The position numbers were made by a program, and so were the translations under genes. A DNA stretch of 32,000 bases, from NCBI RefSeq assembly GCF_001457595.1, contig NZ_LN831039.1, forward strand, positions 3,600,001-3,632,000. The letters are read 5' to 3'. This document shows, piece after piece, positions 10,314 to 19,930 of this stretch. How positions within the stretch are numbered: the stretch's first letter is position 1; every line of letters starts with the position of its first letter. The notes under the pieces were generated by a model, which made no database searches, was not told the DNA's origin, and saw only the letters and a list, made by a program, of their open reading frames with translations. Source of the stretch: Mycolicibacterium smegmatis. GTDB lineage: Bacteria; Actinomycetota; Actinomycetes; Mycobacteriales; Mycobacteriaceae.

Positions 10314-11336
10314 TCAACTCGCCGAGATGGCCGCGCGCAGGCGCTCGCGCCACCACGCCACCCGGGCCGGGTCGGCCATCGCGAACTGCTCGAGAAGTTC
10401 GGGCTGCGGAGCCGGCGGCATCGGCGCGACCGGCAGGCAGCCGTCGGCGTCGGCCACCAGTGAACGCGATGCGGCCACCAGATCCCCGGTCAACAGCGGT
10501 CGGGTGCCCAACTGACATGCGAACGGCAACTCCGGCAGGGCGCCGGCCACCGCCAGGCCGGCCGCCAGCCCGATCGTGGTCTCCCACATCGAGGTGACCA
10601 CGCACGGCAGGCCGCTGGACTCGGCCACCCGCAGCGCGCGGCGCGCCCCACCGAGAGGGCCACACGCCAGGACCACGACGTCAGCGGCCTCACGCAACCG
10701 CGGGTCCACGGGCACAGCCGGATCCGCCGAGGTGTCCCGCATGGTCGCGTGCGCGGCGATGCGCACGTCGATCTCCTTGCGCAAGCGCACCAGATCGTCG
10801 AGCGTCGCGCACGGCCGCTCGACGAACTCCAGACCACCCGCGGCTGCGTCGAGTGCCGCGACCGCGGTACGCGCCGTCTGCGCGTCCCACCGGCCCCTGG
10901 CATCGCACCGCAGCGCACCCTCGGGTCCCAGCACCTCACGGACCGCAGCGACCCGCGCCGTGTCGTCGTCGAGGCTGCCGGCCCCGACCTCGACCGTCGC
11001 CGTGCGGCACGGCGATCCATCGACGATCTCACGGGCCCGCCGCACATCGACCACGGGTACCGAGACCGCGACCGGTACCCGGCCGCGCACCGGGTCCGGC
11101 CAGCCCACCGTGCCCGGTTCGATCGCCGCGGTCAGCCACCGGACCAACGCCGCATCCCCGTCCGCCGCGTCCACACCGGCACCAGGGGGACTGAACTCTC
11201 CCCAGCCCTGCGGGCCCTCGACGAGCAGGCCCTCCCGCACGGTCGCGTCGCCCACCGGATCGGTCAGCGCGATCGCGAAGGCCGGCGCACGCTCGAAGTC
11301 GATCAGGGTCTGCACAAGTTCGTGACGGTAGCCCAT
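10314..11336 (-). CDS. Enolase-superfamily protein resembling o-succinylbenzoate synthase (MenC), probably catalytically degenerate
   Basis: TVREGLLVEGPQGWGEFSPP, RCDARGRWD, GLEFVERPC and GLAAGLAVAGALPELPFACQLGT match the MenC fold; catalytic Lys positions differ (see findings). Start could also be GTG at 11315. Confidence 0.75.
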   Translation of the reverse strand: MGYRHELVQTLIDFERAPAFAIALTDPVGDATVREGLLVEGPQGWGEFSPPGAGVDAADGDAALVRWLTAAIEPGTVGWPDPVRGRVPVAVSVPVVDVRRAREIVDGSPCRTATVEVGAGSLDDDTARVAAVREVLGPEGALRCDARGRWDAQTARTAVAALDAAAGGLEFVERPCATLDDLVRLRKEIDVRIAAHATMRDTSADPAVPVDPRLREAADVVVLACGPLGGARRALRVAESSGLPCVVTSMWETTIGLAAGLAVAGALPELPFACQLGTRPLLTGDLVAASRSLVADADGCLPVAPMPPAPQPELLEQFAMADPARVAWWRERLRAAISAS

Positions 11337-11339
11337 CGG

Positions 11340-11358
11340 TACTGCGCAGCGCGCAGTA
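11340..11358. promoter_or_regulatory. Perfect inverted repeat, candidate operator
   Basis: TACTGCGC-AGC-GCGCAGTA between divergent genes; TAGAAT -10-like hexamer at 11369-11374. Confidence 0.4.
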
Positions 11359-11415
11359 TTGCCGCGCATAGAATGCGGCCATCACGGTCAAGAGACTGCG
11401 CGAACAGGAGTCCAG

Positions 11416-11670
11416 ATGACGCGGACGATTCGGCGGGGTGTGCGCACGGTGGTGTGGGGACTGTCGCTTGCCGCCCTTGCGGCGGCCCCGATGGGCGTGA
11501 CCACGATCGTGACACCTGCTGTCAGCGCCGCGTGCGCGCCCGGTGAGACCGGTGTGACCAACGGCTGCGCCCCGTTCTGCGTGCCGGGCCGCCACCTCGA
11601 CACCGCGACGGGCCTGTGCCTCAAAGACGCACCGCCACCGCCGCCACAGCTCCCCGCGCCCGCCTCATGA
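11416..11670 (+). CDS. Small secreted Cys-containing protein with Pro-rich tail
   Basis: MTRTIRRGVRTVVWGLSLAALAAAPMGVTTIVTPAVSAACAPGETGVTNGCAPFCVPGRHLDTATGLCLKDAPPPPPQLPAPAS; clear signal peptide. Confidence 0.7.
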   Translation: MTRTIRRGVRTVVWGLSLAALAAAPMGVTTIVTPAVSAACAPGETGVTNGCAPFCVPGRHLDTATGLCLKDAPPPPPQLPAPAS

Positions 11671-11722
11671 GCGGCCGATAATCGATTCGAGCCCGAGCGC
11701 GCGGCCCGTTAGGCTGGCCGCC

Positions 11723-12388
11723 ATGCCGAAAGTCCTGACCGTCAACGTGGCGCATCCCCGCCCGAACCCGGACAACGGGAAGCGCGTCACCGGTATCGAC
11801 AAGCGCCCTGTCGACGGTGCGGTCGAGGTGCGCTCCCCCGGTCCGCGGCGCGGTGGCCTGGGCAGCGGGTTGGTGGGCGACGTCATCGGCAACTCGAAGC
11901 ACCACGGCGGTGACGATCAGGCCGTGTACGCCTATGCGCGCGAAGATCTCGACGACTGGCAGGTGGCCCTCGACCGGGAGCTCACCAACGGCATGTTCGG
12001 CGAGAACCTCACCACCGAGGGCATCGACGTGACGAACGCGGTGATCGGTGAGCGGTGGCGCATCGGAACGGGCGGCCTGGAACTCGAGGTGACGCGCCCG
12101 CGCACGCCCTGCCGGACCTTCGCGGCATTCCTCGAGATCAACGGTCTTATGAAAACCTTCACCAGGGCCGGGAATCCGGGCGCATATCTGCGGCTGGTGC
12201 GGCCGGGGCACGTGCGTGCGGGAGACTCTGTCGAGATCGTCGAGCGACCCGACCACGGCATCACCATCGGCTTCGTGTTCCGCGCGCTCACCGGCGAATC
12301 CGAGCTGCTGCCGGAGATCCTGCGCGCCGACGCGCTGGCCGCCGAACTCAAGGAGCGCGCGGGGCGGCGCGTCGGCACGGCCGGCTGA
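11723..12388 (+). CDS. MOSC domain-containing protein
   Basis: TGIDKRPVDGAVEVRSPG...GVVGDVI-like segment, EDLDDWQVALDRELTNGMFGENLTTEGIDVTNAVIGERWRIG, typical YiiM-like MOSC. Confidence 0.88.
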   Translation: MPKVLTVNVAHPRPNPDNGKRVTGIDKRPVDGAVEVRSPGPRRGGLGSGLVGDVIGNSKHHGGDDQAVYAYAREDLDDWQVALDRELTNGMFGENLTTEGIDVTNAVIGERWRIGTGGLELEVTRPRTPCRTFAAFLEINGLMKTFTRAGNPGAYLRLVRPGHVRAGDSVEIVERPDHGITIGFVFRALTGESELLPEILRADALAAELKERAGRRVGTAG

Positions 12389-12389
12389 C

Positions 12390-12917
12390 TCAGGACGTGA
12401 AGCCCGGCAACGTGATCCCGACCGCGGCGTTCTCCTCGGGAGTTCCCAGCCGGTAGCCGTAGCGTTGGGCGGTCGCCACGAAATGCGCAAGCTCGGCGGG
12501 CGTCATCGGTGGTGAGCCTGCCGAGCGGCCGATCTCGCGGAAGAACCGGCCGATCTGCGGCGTGGTGATGACCAGATCGACGGCGGGTTCGTCGGAGATG
12601 TTGCGATGTGCGTGCAGTGCGTCACCCGGGACCCGCACGTAGTCACCCGCGCGCACGTCGTGCCACTGCAGACCGTCGTCGCCGTCGATCAGCACCTGGT
12701 GTTGCCCGGACAGGATGTAGAAGTCCTCGAAATCGTTGTGGCTGTGCAGCGGAACCGCCACACCGGGCGGCAGGACCGCGCGCAGAACGCAGATCTGGTT
12801 GTGCTCGTCGTCACTGAAGGTCACGAACTCCACGGTGGGCCCGGCCGCGTCGAGGGCAGGAAATCCCGCCCCCGCAGCAAGATTCGCAATGATCCCGGTG
12901 TCCGAGGGGTGAGGCAA
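12390..12917 (-). CDS. Cupin domain-containing protein
   Basis: PLHSHNDFEDFYILSGQHQVLIDG...RAGDYVRVPGDALHAHRN; TTG start at 12917 with AGGAG upstream. ORF-track extension to 13304 overlaps the sigma factor. Confidence 0.8.
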   Translation of the reverse strand: MPHPSDTGIIANLAAGAGFPALDAAGPTVEFVTFSDDEHNQICVLRAVLPPGVAVPLHSHNDFEDFYILSGQHQVLIDGDDGLQWHDVRAGDYVRVPGDALHAHRNISDEPAVDLVITTPQIGRFFREIGRSAGSPPMTPAELAHFVATAQRYGYRLGTPEENAAVGITLPGFTS

Positions 12918-12949
12918 AGTCGACTCCTGTCGGTTGCTTGCTGATACGT

Positions 12950-13546
12950 CTACTGGACGGTTTCGGACACCAGACCCCGTTGCTCGGCCACCTGGCGCAG
13001 CGATGCGCGCAACTGCCGGCGGCCGCGGTGCAACCGGGACATCACCGTGCCGAGCGCGGTGCCGGTGATCTCGGCGATCTGCTTGTACGACAGGCCTTCC
13101 ACATCGGCGTAATAGACCACGATGCGGTACTGCTCGCGCAGATCGGCCAACGCCTCCTTGATCTCCGTGTCGGGCAACGCTTCCAGCGCGTCGACCTCGG
13201 CAGACCGCAGGGCATGCCGGAACCGCAGCACCTCGCCGTCGGTGACACCCTCCATCGGCACTTCGTTGGGCCGCCGCTGACGTTTGCGGTACAGGTTGAT
13301 CCATGTGTTGTGCAGGATGCGGTAGAGCCAGGCCGTGAGATTCGAGCCCTCACGGAAAGTGTGAAAACCCGTGTAGGCCCGCAGAATCGTCTCCTGCACC
13401 AGATCCTCCGCGTCCTGCGGGTTGGCTGTCAGGCGCAGCGCCGCACCGTACAAGCGGTCCACCATGGGCACCACGTCGCGCGCGAAACGCGCGCTCAGAT
13501 CGGCACCCGGACCACCGTCCGGTGCGGTCGCTGCGTGACAGGTCAT
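12950..13546 (-). CDS. ECF sigma-70 factor, SigH/SigR-like group
   Basis: [55 protein letters not shown] and FYR-like region 4 [27 protein letters not shown]. Confidence 0.9.
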   Translation of the reverse strand: MTCHAATAPDGGPGADLSARFARDVVPMVDRLYGAALRLTANPQDAEDLVQETILRAYTGFHTFREGSNLTAWLYRILHNTWINLYRKRQRRPNEVPMEGVTDGEVLRFRHALRSAEVDALEALPDTEIKEALADLREQYRIVVYYADVEGLSYKQIAEITGTALGTVMSRLHRGRRQLRASLRQVAEQRGLVSETVQ

Positions 13547-15000
13547 CTGGCGCCCTGGCGCTTCCGTACGGCGTCCTCGATCCGGTCACCCGTCAACTTG
13601 TCGATGTTGCGCCAGTACTCGAACACCCGCTGCAACACGGGTTCGGAGACCCCATTGCTCAGGTGTCCCGCGACGTTGCCGACCAACCGGTCGCGCTCGG
13701 CGTCGTCCATGACGCGGCGCACGAGGTCACCGGCCTGCGTGAAGTCGTCGTCCTCGGCCCGCAGGGTGTAGGCGGTACGGACCATGTCCCCGTCGGCGTA
13801 CCACAGCGCCTCGTTCGTCTGGTTCGGGTCCGCGTGCGGGGCACCGTAGGAGTTCGGGGCGTACACCGGATCCGAGACGTTCGTGACGCGCATCGCCCCG
13901 TCCTTGGAGTAACTGTGCACGGGGCATCGCGGTGCGTTGACCGGGATCTGCTTGTAGTTCACCCCGATCCGCGCACGTGCGGCATCGGCGTAGGCGAACG
14001 TACGGGCCTGCAGCATCGTGTCCGGGCTCAGACCGGTGCCCGGCACCTGGTTGCTGGGCGCGAACGCGGCCTGCTCGATCTCGGTGTGGTGGTCGGTGAA
14101 ATTGCGGTCCAGCACCAACCGGCCGACGGTCACGAGCGGATAGTCGGCGTGCGGCCACACCTTGGTCAGGTCGAACGGGTTGATCCGGTAGGTCTTCGCG
14201 TCGTCGAACGGCATGATCTGGACCGCCAGGGTCCAGCTCGGGTACTCGCCGCGTGCGATCGCCTGGTGCAGATCACGCTGGTGGAAGTCGGCGTCCACAC
14301 CCGCCAGCCGGTCGGCCTCGTCCTGCGTAAGGTTTTCGACGCCCTGGTCGGAGATGAAATGGTACTTCACCCAATGGATCTCGCCTTCCGCGTTGATCCA
14401 GCTGTAGGTATGACTGCCGTACCCGTTCATGTGCCGCCACGTCCGCGGGATGCCGCGGTCGCCGAACAGCCACGCCACCTGATGTGCCGATTCGGGCGTG
14501 AGCGTGAAGAAGTCCCACTGCATGTCGTGATCACGCAGCCCGGTGTCGGCGCGGCGCTTCTGGGACCGGATGAAGTGCTGGAACTTCAGGCCGTCGCGGA
14601 TGAAGAAGACCGGTGTGTTGTTGCCGACGATGTCGAGATTGCCTGCGCTGGTGTAGAAACGCAGCGCGAATCCCCGCGGATCACGCCAGGTGTCCGGGCT
14701 TCCCCGCTCACCGGCGACCGTGGAGAAGCGGATGAGCGTGTCGGTCCGCACACCTGGCTGGAACACCGCCGCACTGGTGTAGCGGCTCACATCACCGGTG
14801 ACCTCGAAGTGGCCGAAGGCGCCCGACCCCTTGGCGTGTGGTTGCCGCTCCGGGATGCGCTCGCGGTTGAAGTTGGCCATCTGCTCGATCAGATAGTGGT
14901 CGTGCAGCAGGATCGGCCCGTCCGGACCGATGGTGAGCGAGTGCGTGTCGCTGGGCACCGGCGCGCCGGCGTCGGTGGTCGTGGCCCTCGGCTCGGTCAT
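13543..15000 (-). CDS. katA: Monofunctional heme catalase
   Basis: [81 protein letters not shown]; 4-nt ATGA overlap with the sigma gene. Confidence 0.95.
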   Translation of the reverse strand: MTEPRATTTDAGAPVPSDTHSLTIGPDGPILLHDHYLIEQMANFNRERIPERQPHAKGSGAFGHFEVTGDVSRYTSAAVFQPGVRTDTLIRFSTVAGERGSPDTWRDPRGFALRFYTSAGNLDIVGNNTPVFFIRDGLKFQHFIRSQKRRADTGLRDHDMQWDFFTLTPESAHQVAWLFGDRGIPRTWRHMNGYGSHTYSWINAEGEIHWVKYHFISDQGVENLTQDEADRLAGVDADFHQRDLHQAIARGEYPSWTLAVQIMPFDDAKTYRINPFDLTKVWPHADYPLVTVGRLVLDRNFTDHHTEIEQAAFAPSNQVPGTGLSPDTMLQARTFAYADAARARIGVNYKQIPVNAPRCPVHSYSKDGAMRVTNVSDPVYAPNSYGAPHADPNQTNEALWYADGDMVRTAYTLRAEDDDFTQAGDLVRRVMDDAERDRLVGNVAGHLSNGVSEPVLQRVFEYWRNIDKLTGDRIEDAVRKRQGAR

Positions 15001-15016
15001 GATGCGTCCCTCCCCC

Positions 15017-15673
15017 TCACTCGGGCCAGGTGTTGGTCAGGATGATGTTCACGAAGTCCTCGCGCTCGAACGACGGGTCGAAATGGGCCAGCACGTCGTC
15101 GTTCACGGTGCCGAACGTCGACTGCGGACGTTGCCGCACACCGTCGTTGAAGGCACGCAGGATACGGTTCTTGAAGTCAGGGCGCGGATGCACCGCGGTC
15201 ACCGCGGCCAGATCCTTCTCCGACAGATCGTCGCGGCCGATACCGAGCACGTCGGTCTCCACGCCCGCGGTCACCAGCGCCACCTCGGGATCGAGGAACT
15301 CGGGCACACCCGGCGTGGTGTGCAGCGCGATACCCAGCCACACCTTGCGTGCGGCTTCCTCACCGAACCCGCGCTGCAGCAGGAAATCTCGTGCAGCATT
15401 GGCACCGTCGACCTCGAAACGCAACGCCGAACCGGAGCGGTACGGCTCAGTCAGGCCGATGTCGTGGAACATCGCGCCGACGTAGAGCAGTTCCAGATCC
15501 GGCTGCAGGCCGCGATGCCGACCCTGCAGCGCCCCGAAGAAGAACACCCTGCGGGAGTGGTGGAACAGCAGGTCGTCCTCGACGTCGCGGATGTACTCGG
15601 TGACCTCACGCACCAATGGCGTATCGGGAACCGTGATACCGGCGACCTGGGTGGAACCGATTGACACAGACAT
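15017..15673 (-). CDS. HD domain phosphohydrolase-like protein (cyanamide hydratase-like)
   Basis: [35 protein letters not shown]...[15 protein letters not shown]; SD-like AAGGAGG upstream of ATG at 15673. Confidence 0.8.
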   Translation of the reverse strand: MSVSIGSTQVAGITVPDTPLVREVTEYIRDVEDDLLFHHSRRVFFFGALQGRHRGLQPDLELLYVGAMFHDIGLTEPYRSGSALRFEVDGANAARDFLLQRGFGEEAARKVWLGIALHTTPGVPEFLDPEVALVTAGVETDVLGIGRDDLSEKDLAAVTAVHPRPDFKNRILRAFNDGVRQRPQSTFGTVNDDVLAHFDPSFEREDFVNIILTNTWPE

Positions 15674-15907
15674 GGCGAATCCTCCTTGGTTCGAACTTCG
15701 TCGATCGAGACATCTGGAAGAGTCGTGACCTCCTCGCCGGGTCTGCCGCAGTGGGACGCTTTTTGCGTTCTGCCTCCCAATAACGACGCCGCCGCCGAGA
15801 AGGATCACTTCCCGTTCTTGCGATCCGTTGTCAGTCTGCGGCGCGGCGTGAGCCGTGAGGCATGGCCGATCTGCCACATTTCCCACAAGAAGCGACACAA
15901 TGGGCGA

Positions 15908-16879
15908 ATGGCACATGCTCCGAACCGGCGCACCGTCGTGATCGTCGTCTTCGACGGGATGAAACTGCTTGACGTCGCAGGGCCGGCAGAGGTCTTCGCC
16001 GAGGCGAACCGGTTCGGCGCCGACTACGTGTTGAAGATCGCCTCGGTCGACGGTGCCGACGTCACCACGTCGGTGGGTACGAGATTCCCTGTGGACCAAA
16101 CCATCTCAGACATCGAGCACGCCGACACCGTACTGGTGTCCGGCGGCGACGACCTGGTGGGGCGGCCGATCGACCCGCAGCTGGTGGCCGCCGTGCGCGA
16201 GTTGGCGGGCCGCACGCGGCGCCTCGCCTCGATCTGCACGGGAACGTTCATCCTGGCGACCGCGGGCCTGCTCGCCGGGCGGCGCGCCACCACCCACTGG
16301 CGTCATGCGGGTCTGCTCCAACGTGCCTATCGCGACGTGTCGGTGGAACCCGACGCGATCTTCGTGCGCGACGGCGACATCTACACCTCCGCCGGGGTGT
16401 CGGCAGGCATCGACCTGGCGCTGGCACTGGTGGAACTCGACCACGGCTCGGAGCTGGTCCGCGAAGTGGCCCGCTCGCTGGTCGTGTACCTCAAACGCGC
16501 GGGTGGCCAGTCACAGTTCTCGACGCTGATCGAGTCCGATGCGCCTCAGCAGTCGGCGCTGCGGCGCGTCACCGAGGCGATCGCGGCCGACCCGGCCGCC
16601 GATCACAGTGTGCGCAGCCTCGCCAAGGTTGCGGCGTTGAGCACGCGGCAGCTCACCCGGCTGTTCCAGTCGGAACTCGGCACCACACCGGCGCGGTTCG
16701 TCGAGATGGTCCGCATCGATGCGGCGCGCGCCGCTCTCGATGCCGGAATGTCGGTGAGCGACACCGCGAGGCAGGCCGGTTTCGGCAGCCCCGAGACCCT
16801 CCGGAGAGTGTTCGTCACGCATCTCGGGGTGTCCCCGAAGGCCTACCGGGACCGGTTCCGCACCGCGGCCAGGAACTGA
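15908..16879 (+). CDS. GlxA family transcriptional regulator (DJ-1/PfpI domain plus AraC HTH)
   Basis: RTVVIVVFDGMKLLDVAGPAEVFAEAN, LASICTGTFILATAGLLAGRRATTHW, C-terminal LSTRQLTRLFQSELGTTPARFVEMVRIDAARAALDAG...GFGSPETLRRVFVTHLGVSPKAYRDRF. Confidence 0.92.
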   Translation: MAHAPNRRTVVIVVFDGMKLLDVAGPAEVFAEANRFGADYVLKIASVDGADVTTSVGTRFPVDQTISDIEHADTVLVSGGDDLVGRPIDPQLVAAVRELAGRTRRLASICTGTFILATAGLLAGRRATTHWRHAGLLQRAYRDVSVEPDAIFVRDGDIYTSAGVSAGIDLALALVELDHGSELVREVARSLVVYLKRAGGQSQFSTLIESDAPQQSALRRVTEAIAADPAADHSVRSLAKVAALSTRQLTRLFQSELGTTPARFVEMVRIDAARAALDAGMSVSDTARQAGFGSPETLRRVFVTHLGVSPKAYRDRFRTAARN

Positions 16880-16883
16880 CGCC

Positions 16884-17582
16884 TCAGACCCAGCGCGGCA
16901 GTTCGTCGCCGATGATCGTCGCGATCTTGTCGGCCATGTAGGCGTGGCCGGCGTCGGTGGGATGGATACCGTCGCCGCCGATCAGGTCGGGACGCCCGAC
17001 GAACCAGCCCGCCGCGATCGGGTCGTAGAACGACGCACCGACCTGCTCGGCCTGATCGCGCAGGATGTCACGGATCCGCAGCACCGATACGGGCACATCG
17101 GCGGTCGGCCACGGCGGTCCGATGACCAGCATCCGTGCCGTCGGCGCGATCCGCTGCGCCAGCGCCAGCGCGTCGTGGCTCATCCGGGTGATGGCCACCG
17201 GGTCGGCGTCCTTGTCGTTGCGGGAGCCGTAGAACACCACCAGCGAGTCGTCGGGTTTGACGGCCCGCGGGGTCAGATCGGCGAAGATGCTGCCCCGGTT
17301 GCCGCGCACCACATATCCGGCACCGCCCTCGGCCACCACATCGGCGTTGATCTGCACACCGCGCCTGGCCAGCGTCTGCCACGCCAGCGTCGGCCATCCC
17401 TTGGCGCCCTGTCCGCCCTCGGCGGCTCCCGTGGTGTACGAGTCACCGATCACCGCGATGTGGAAGATCTTCGGGTCGAGGCCCGAGGTCACGTAGCGCT
17501 GCGTCGGCACATTGACGAACACCCCGACCAAAAGTGCGACCGCGACCAGAAACGTGGTCAGACGACTCACTGAAACCTCCAC
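16884..17582 (-). CDS. SGNH/GDSL hydrolase family protein, exported or membrane-anchored
   Basis: N-terminal hydrophobic segment, then FHIAVIGDSYTTGAAEGG...VVFYGSRNDKD...GGDGIHPTDAGHAYMADKI. Confidence 0.85.
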   Translation of the reverse strand: MEVSVSRLTTFLVAVALLVGVFVNVPTQRYVTSGLDPKIFHIAVIGDSYTTGAAEGGQGAKGWPTLAWQTLARRGVQINADVVAEGGAGYVVRGNRGSIFADLTPRAVKPDDSLVVFYGSRNDKDADPVAITRMSHDALALAQRIAPTARMLVIGPPWPTADVPVSVLRIRDILRDQAEQVGASFYDPIAAGWFVGRPDLIGGDGIHPTDAGHAYMADKIATIIGDELPRWV

Positions 17583-17702
17583 TGCCGGCGAGACACTGCC
17601 GCCTCTCCCAAAAATCCCTGATCAGACTCCCAGCCAACGGTGACGCAGCGGTCACAGAGCCATAACAACCTGCGCCACAGCAAGATTGGTGGGACCCAAA
17701 GC

Positions 17703-18917
17703 TTATCCCGCACGCGCCGGGACCGCTGCGGAGTGCCCTTGGTGCTCGGCGTCCACCCGGTGCAGGTGACTGTTCTTCGGGTCCACCGGCCGGATGTCGA
17801 CCATCCTGCGCATCCATCGGCGCGCGGGCTCCTCGACGACGTGGTAGAGCACCATCGCGGCGACCACCGATATGGCCAGCAGGCCCAGCAGGGTGGCCTT
17901 GCCGGACAGATCCGGCGACATCGTGAGCTCGAACTGTTTGACGGTCCAGATCCAGGCGGTGTGCACGAGTTCGTGGACCATGTACAGCCCGAAGGAGATC
18001 TGCCCGCCGTAGACCAGCACACGCGTGCTCAGCAGCGCCGGCAGGCTTCCGGTCCCGATCGCCAGCGCAACCACGAGCGGCACGAACAGGATGTCGACCA
18101 GCCCCCCGGCGTCGCCGACGGTGTTGAGCGGATGGGCGTCGAAGAAGAAGAGGCCGACGATGATGGCGATGCTCAGGACCACCGACAGGTATCCCGCGGT
18201 GCGGCGCGCGGTGTCCCCGGGTTCCAGCTTGCGCACCGCGGCACAGGCGAGCGCGCCCGCGGTGAACTGCATGACGATGCGCGGCAGCCAGCTCCACGGT
18301 GTGTAGAAGTGCCCCGTCATCATCAGCAAGACCACCGGCGGCAGCGAGGCCGCGACCGCGAGCACCACGAGGCTGCGGGCCCGCGTGGCCCGCGCGATGC
18401 GGAAGACCACCAGGATCAATGCTCCGAACAGCAGATAGGCCAGCCACTCGGCGCTGATCGACCAGGCCGGGCCGTCCCAGCTCGTCCCGTCGAAGTACGG
18501 CTCGAACCACAGCTGGACCAGGAACAGCTGCCGCAGATAGCTCACCGCGTTGTAACCGCTGGTGTCCTCGACGGGCACATGACCGACGTTGAGCGTGAAG
18601 ATCACCCACAGCGCGGCGAGGTGCAGCGTCACCAGGTACACCGGCCACACCCGCGACAAGCGCAGCCACAGGAAGTGCAGCGTCGCGCGCGTCGACCACC
18701 CCGGACCCATCCGGTCGAGGTAGTTCCACGTCAGGACGAAGCCGCTGAGGATGAAGAACAGGTCGACGCCTTGGGCGCCGCAATCGAGCACGGGCGCGAA
18801 CGTTTCGGTGAAATCGGGCGCGGCCTCATAGAGGATCGGCCGGAAGTGGAACAGCACGACCCACACCGCCGCGACGATGCGCAGTCCCGTCAGGGCCTTG
18901 ATCTCTGCGCCGCGCAC
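17703..18917 (-). CDS. Acyltransferase family 3 membrane protein
   Basis: EIKALTGLRIVAAVWVVLFHFRPILYE...GVDLFFILSGFVLTWNYLDR...ARLSRVWP-like region, about 10 hydrophobic segments; GTG start at 18917 inferred, ORF track extends to 19007. Confidence 0.88.
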   Translation of the reverse strand: MRGAEIKALTGLRIVAAVWVVLFHFRPILYEAAPDFTETFAPVLDCGAQGVDLFFILSGFVLTWNYLDRMGPGWSTRATLHFLWLRLSRVWPVYLVTLHLAALWVIFTLNVGHVPVEDTSGYNAVSYLRQLFLVQLWFEPYFDGTSWDGPAWSISAEWLAYLLFGALILVVFRIARATRARSLVVLAVAASLPPVVLLMMTGHFYTPWSWLPRIVMQFTAGALACAAVRKLEPGDTARRTAGYLSVVLSIAIIVGLFFFDAHPLNTVGDAGGLVDILFVPLVVALAIGTGSLPALLSTRVLVYGGQISFGLYMVHELVHTAWIWTVKQFELTMSPDLSGKATLLGLLAISVVAAMVLYHVVEEPARRWMRRMVDIRPVDPKNSHLHRVDAEHQGHSAAVPARAG

Positions 18918-19280
18918 TGCACTCTTTCCGTATCCACACCCGTGATGTTCGTCCGCGCGCCATAACCGCACCTGCCGCGACTCACCGGGCGGATCACACC
19001 ACGTCACCGTCCGCCGAGTCGCAGACTAACAGCGTCGCCGCCGACGGTGCGCGCCCAGCGGCCTGCGCACTGCCTGTGCGGGCACTGGACACCACCCGCA
19101 AAACAGCGGAAAGCCTTGTCCAGCAAACACATTGGACCGACTGACGGTGCAGGTCAGGCGGGTTGTCCAGCAGCGATACGGCGTGTCGGCCGGTGCCGGC
19201 GAAGTTGCCCACAGCCCGGACGCGAACGGTCAACGGGTGTAACGGATTTCACCCAGACGCGCCGGTGCCGGCCAGACCGG

Positions 19281-19862
19281 TCAGGGCAGCGGCACCTGCG
19301 AGCCGTCGTACTGACGGGCGCCGTTGTTGATCGTGTCGAGCCAGGTACGCAGCTTGGCCTTGGCGAGCAGGCCCGGGAGGTCGCCGGGCGCGCCTTCACC
19401 GGTCGGGGTATCGGTCGGCGCGGCGGTGGTCTGGGTCCACGGCTGGCAGCCGCTGGTCTTGAAGGCCTTGTCGGTCGCCTCGATCTGCACGACGTCGGGC
19501 TTCTTGGTGAAGGCGTTGTCGATGATGTCCCCGCCGTGCAGATCCGCCATGCGCTTCCAGTAGCAGGTCTGCCCGTCGGCCGGTCCGCCCGTCGCATAGG
19601 TGCCCGGTTGGATGTCGGTGCCGACCACGTAGATGCCGTCGTGGTCCATGACAGGCGCGGGCCCCTCCGCGGCAGCCGCCTCGGGCGCGGGGCCGGGCGC
19701 CGGGCCGGTACCGGTTCCCACAGCAGGTGAAGGGGCGGGGGCAGGAGCAGGGACAGGAGTGGTCGGTTCGGCGTTTGCCACTCCGGACATGACACCGCCG
19801 AGCATCCCTCCTGCGGTCACCGCGAGGGCGGCGACGAAGACAGCTGGTTTGATCGGCTTCAC
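19281..19862 (-). CDS. Secreted hypothetical protein with Pro/Ala-rich linker
   Basis: Signal peptide MKPIKPAVFVAALAVTAGGMLGGVMSGVANAEP, PAPAPAPSP linker, then DGIYVVGTDIQPGTYATGGPADGQTCYWKRM. Confidence 0.8.
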   Translation of the reverse strand: MKPIKPAVFVAALAVTAGGMLGGVMSGVANAEPTTPVPAPAPAPSPAVGTGTGPAPGPAPEAAAAEGPAPVMDHDGIYVVGTDIQPGTYATGGPADGQTCYWKRMADLHGGDIIDNAFTKKPDVVQIEATDKAFKTSGCQPWTQTTAAPTDTPTGEGAPGDLPGLLAKAKLRTWLDTINNGARQYDGSQVPLP

Positions 19863-19930
19863 AAAACGTCAGAGTACCGGCCCTGGCAAGCTGCGGCCGA
19901 ATTCCGACCACGCTGTGGCAGGCTCGCCGT

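Noticed and set aside
12918-13304. Upstream extension of the cupin ORF
   Set aside because: Overlaps the ECF sigma gene in another frame; the TTG at 12917 with AGGAG is a better start.
13522-15045. 507-aa plus strand ORF opposite the catalase
   Set aside because: Fully antisense to a canonical catalase; its length comes from GC-driven lack of stop codons.
15686-15907. 74-codon N-terminal extension of the GlxA-type regulator
   Set aside because: The conserved domain begins at MAHAPNRRTVVIVVFDGMKLLD (ATG 15908); the upstream part lacks similarity and lies in the divergent promoter region.
18940-19280. Short repeats TTGTCCAGCA and GCCGGTGCCGGC between the acyltransferase and the secreted protein gene
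   Set aside because: Short, two copies each and expected by chance in this composition; no array structure.
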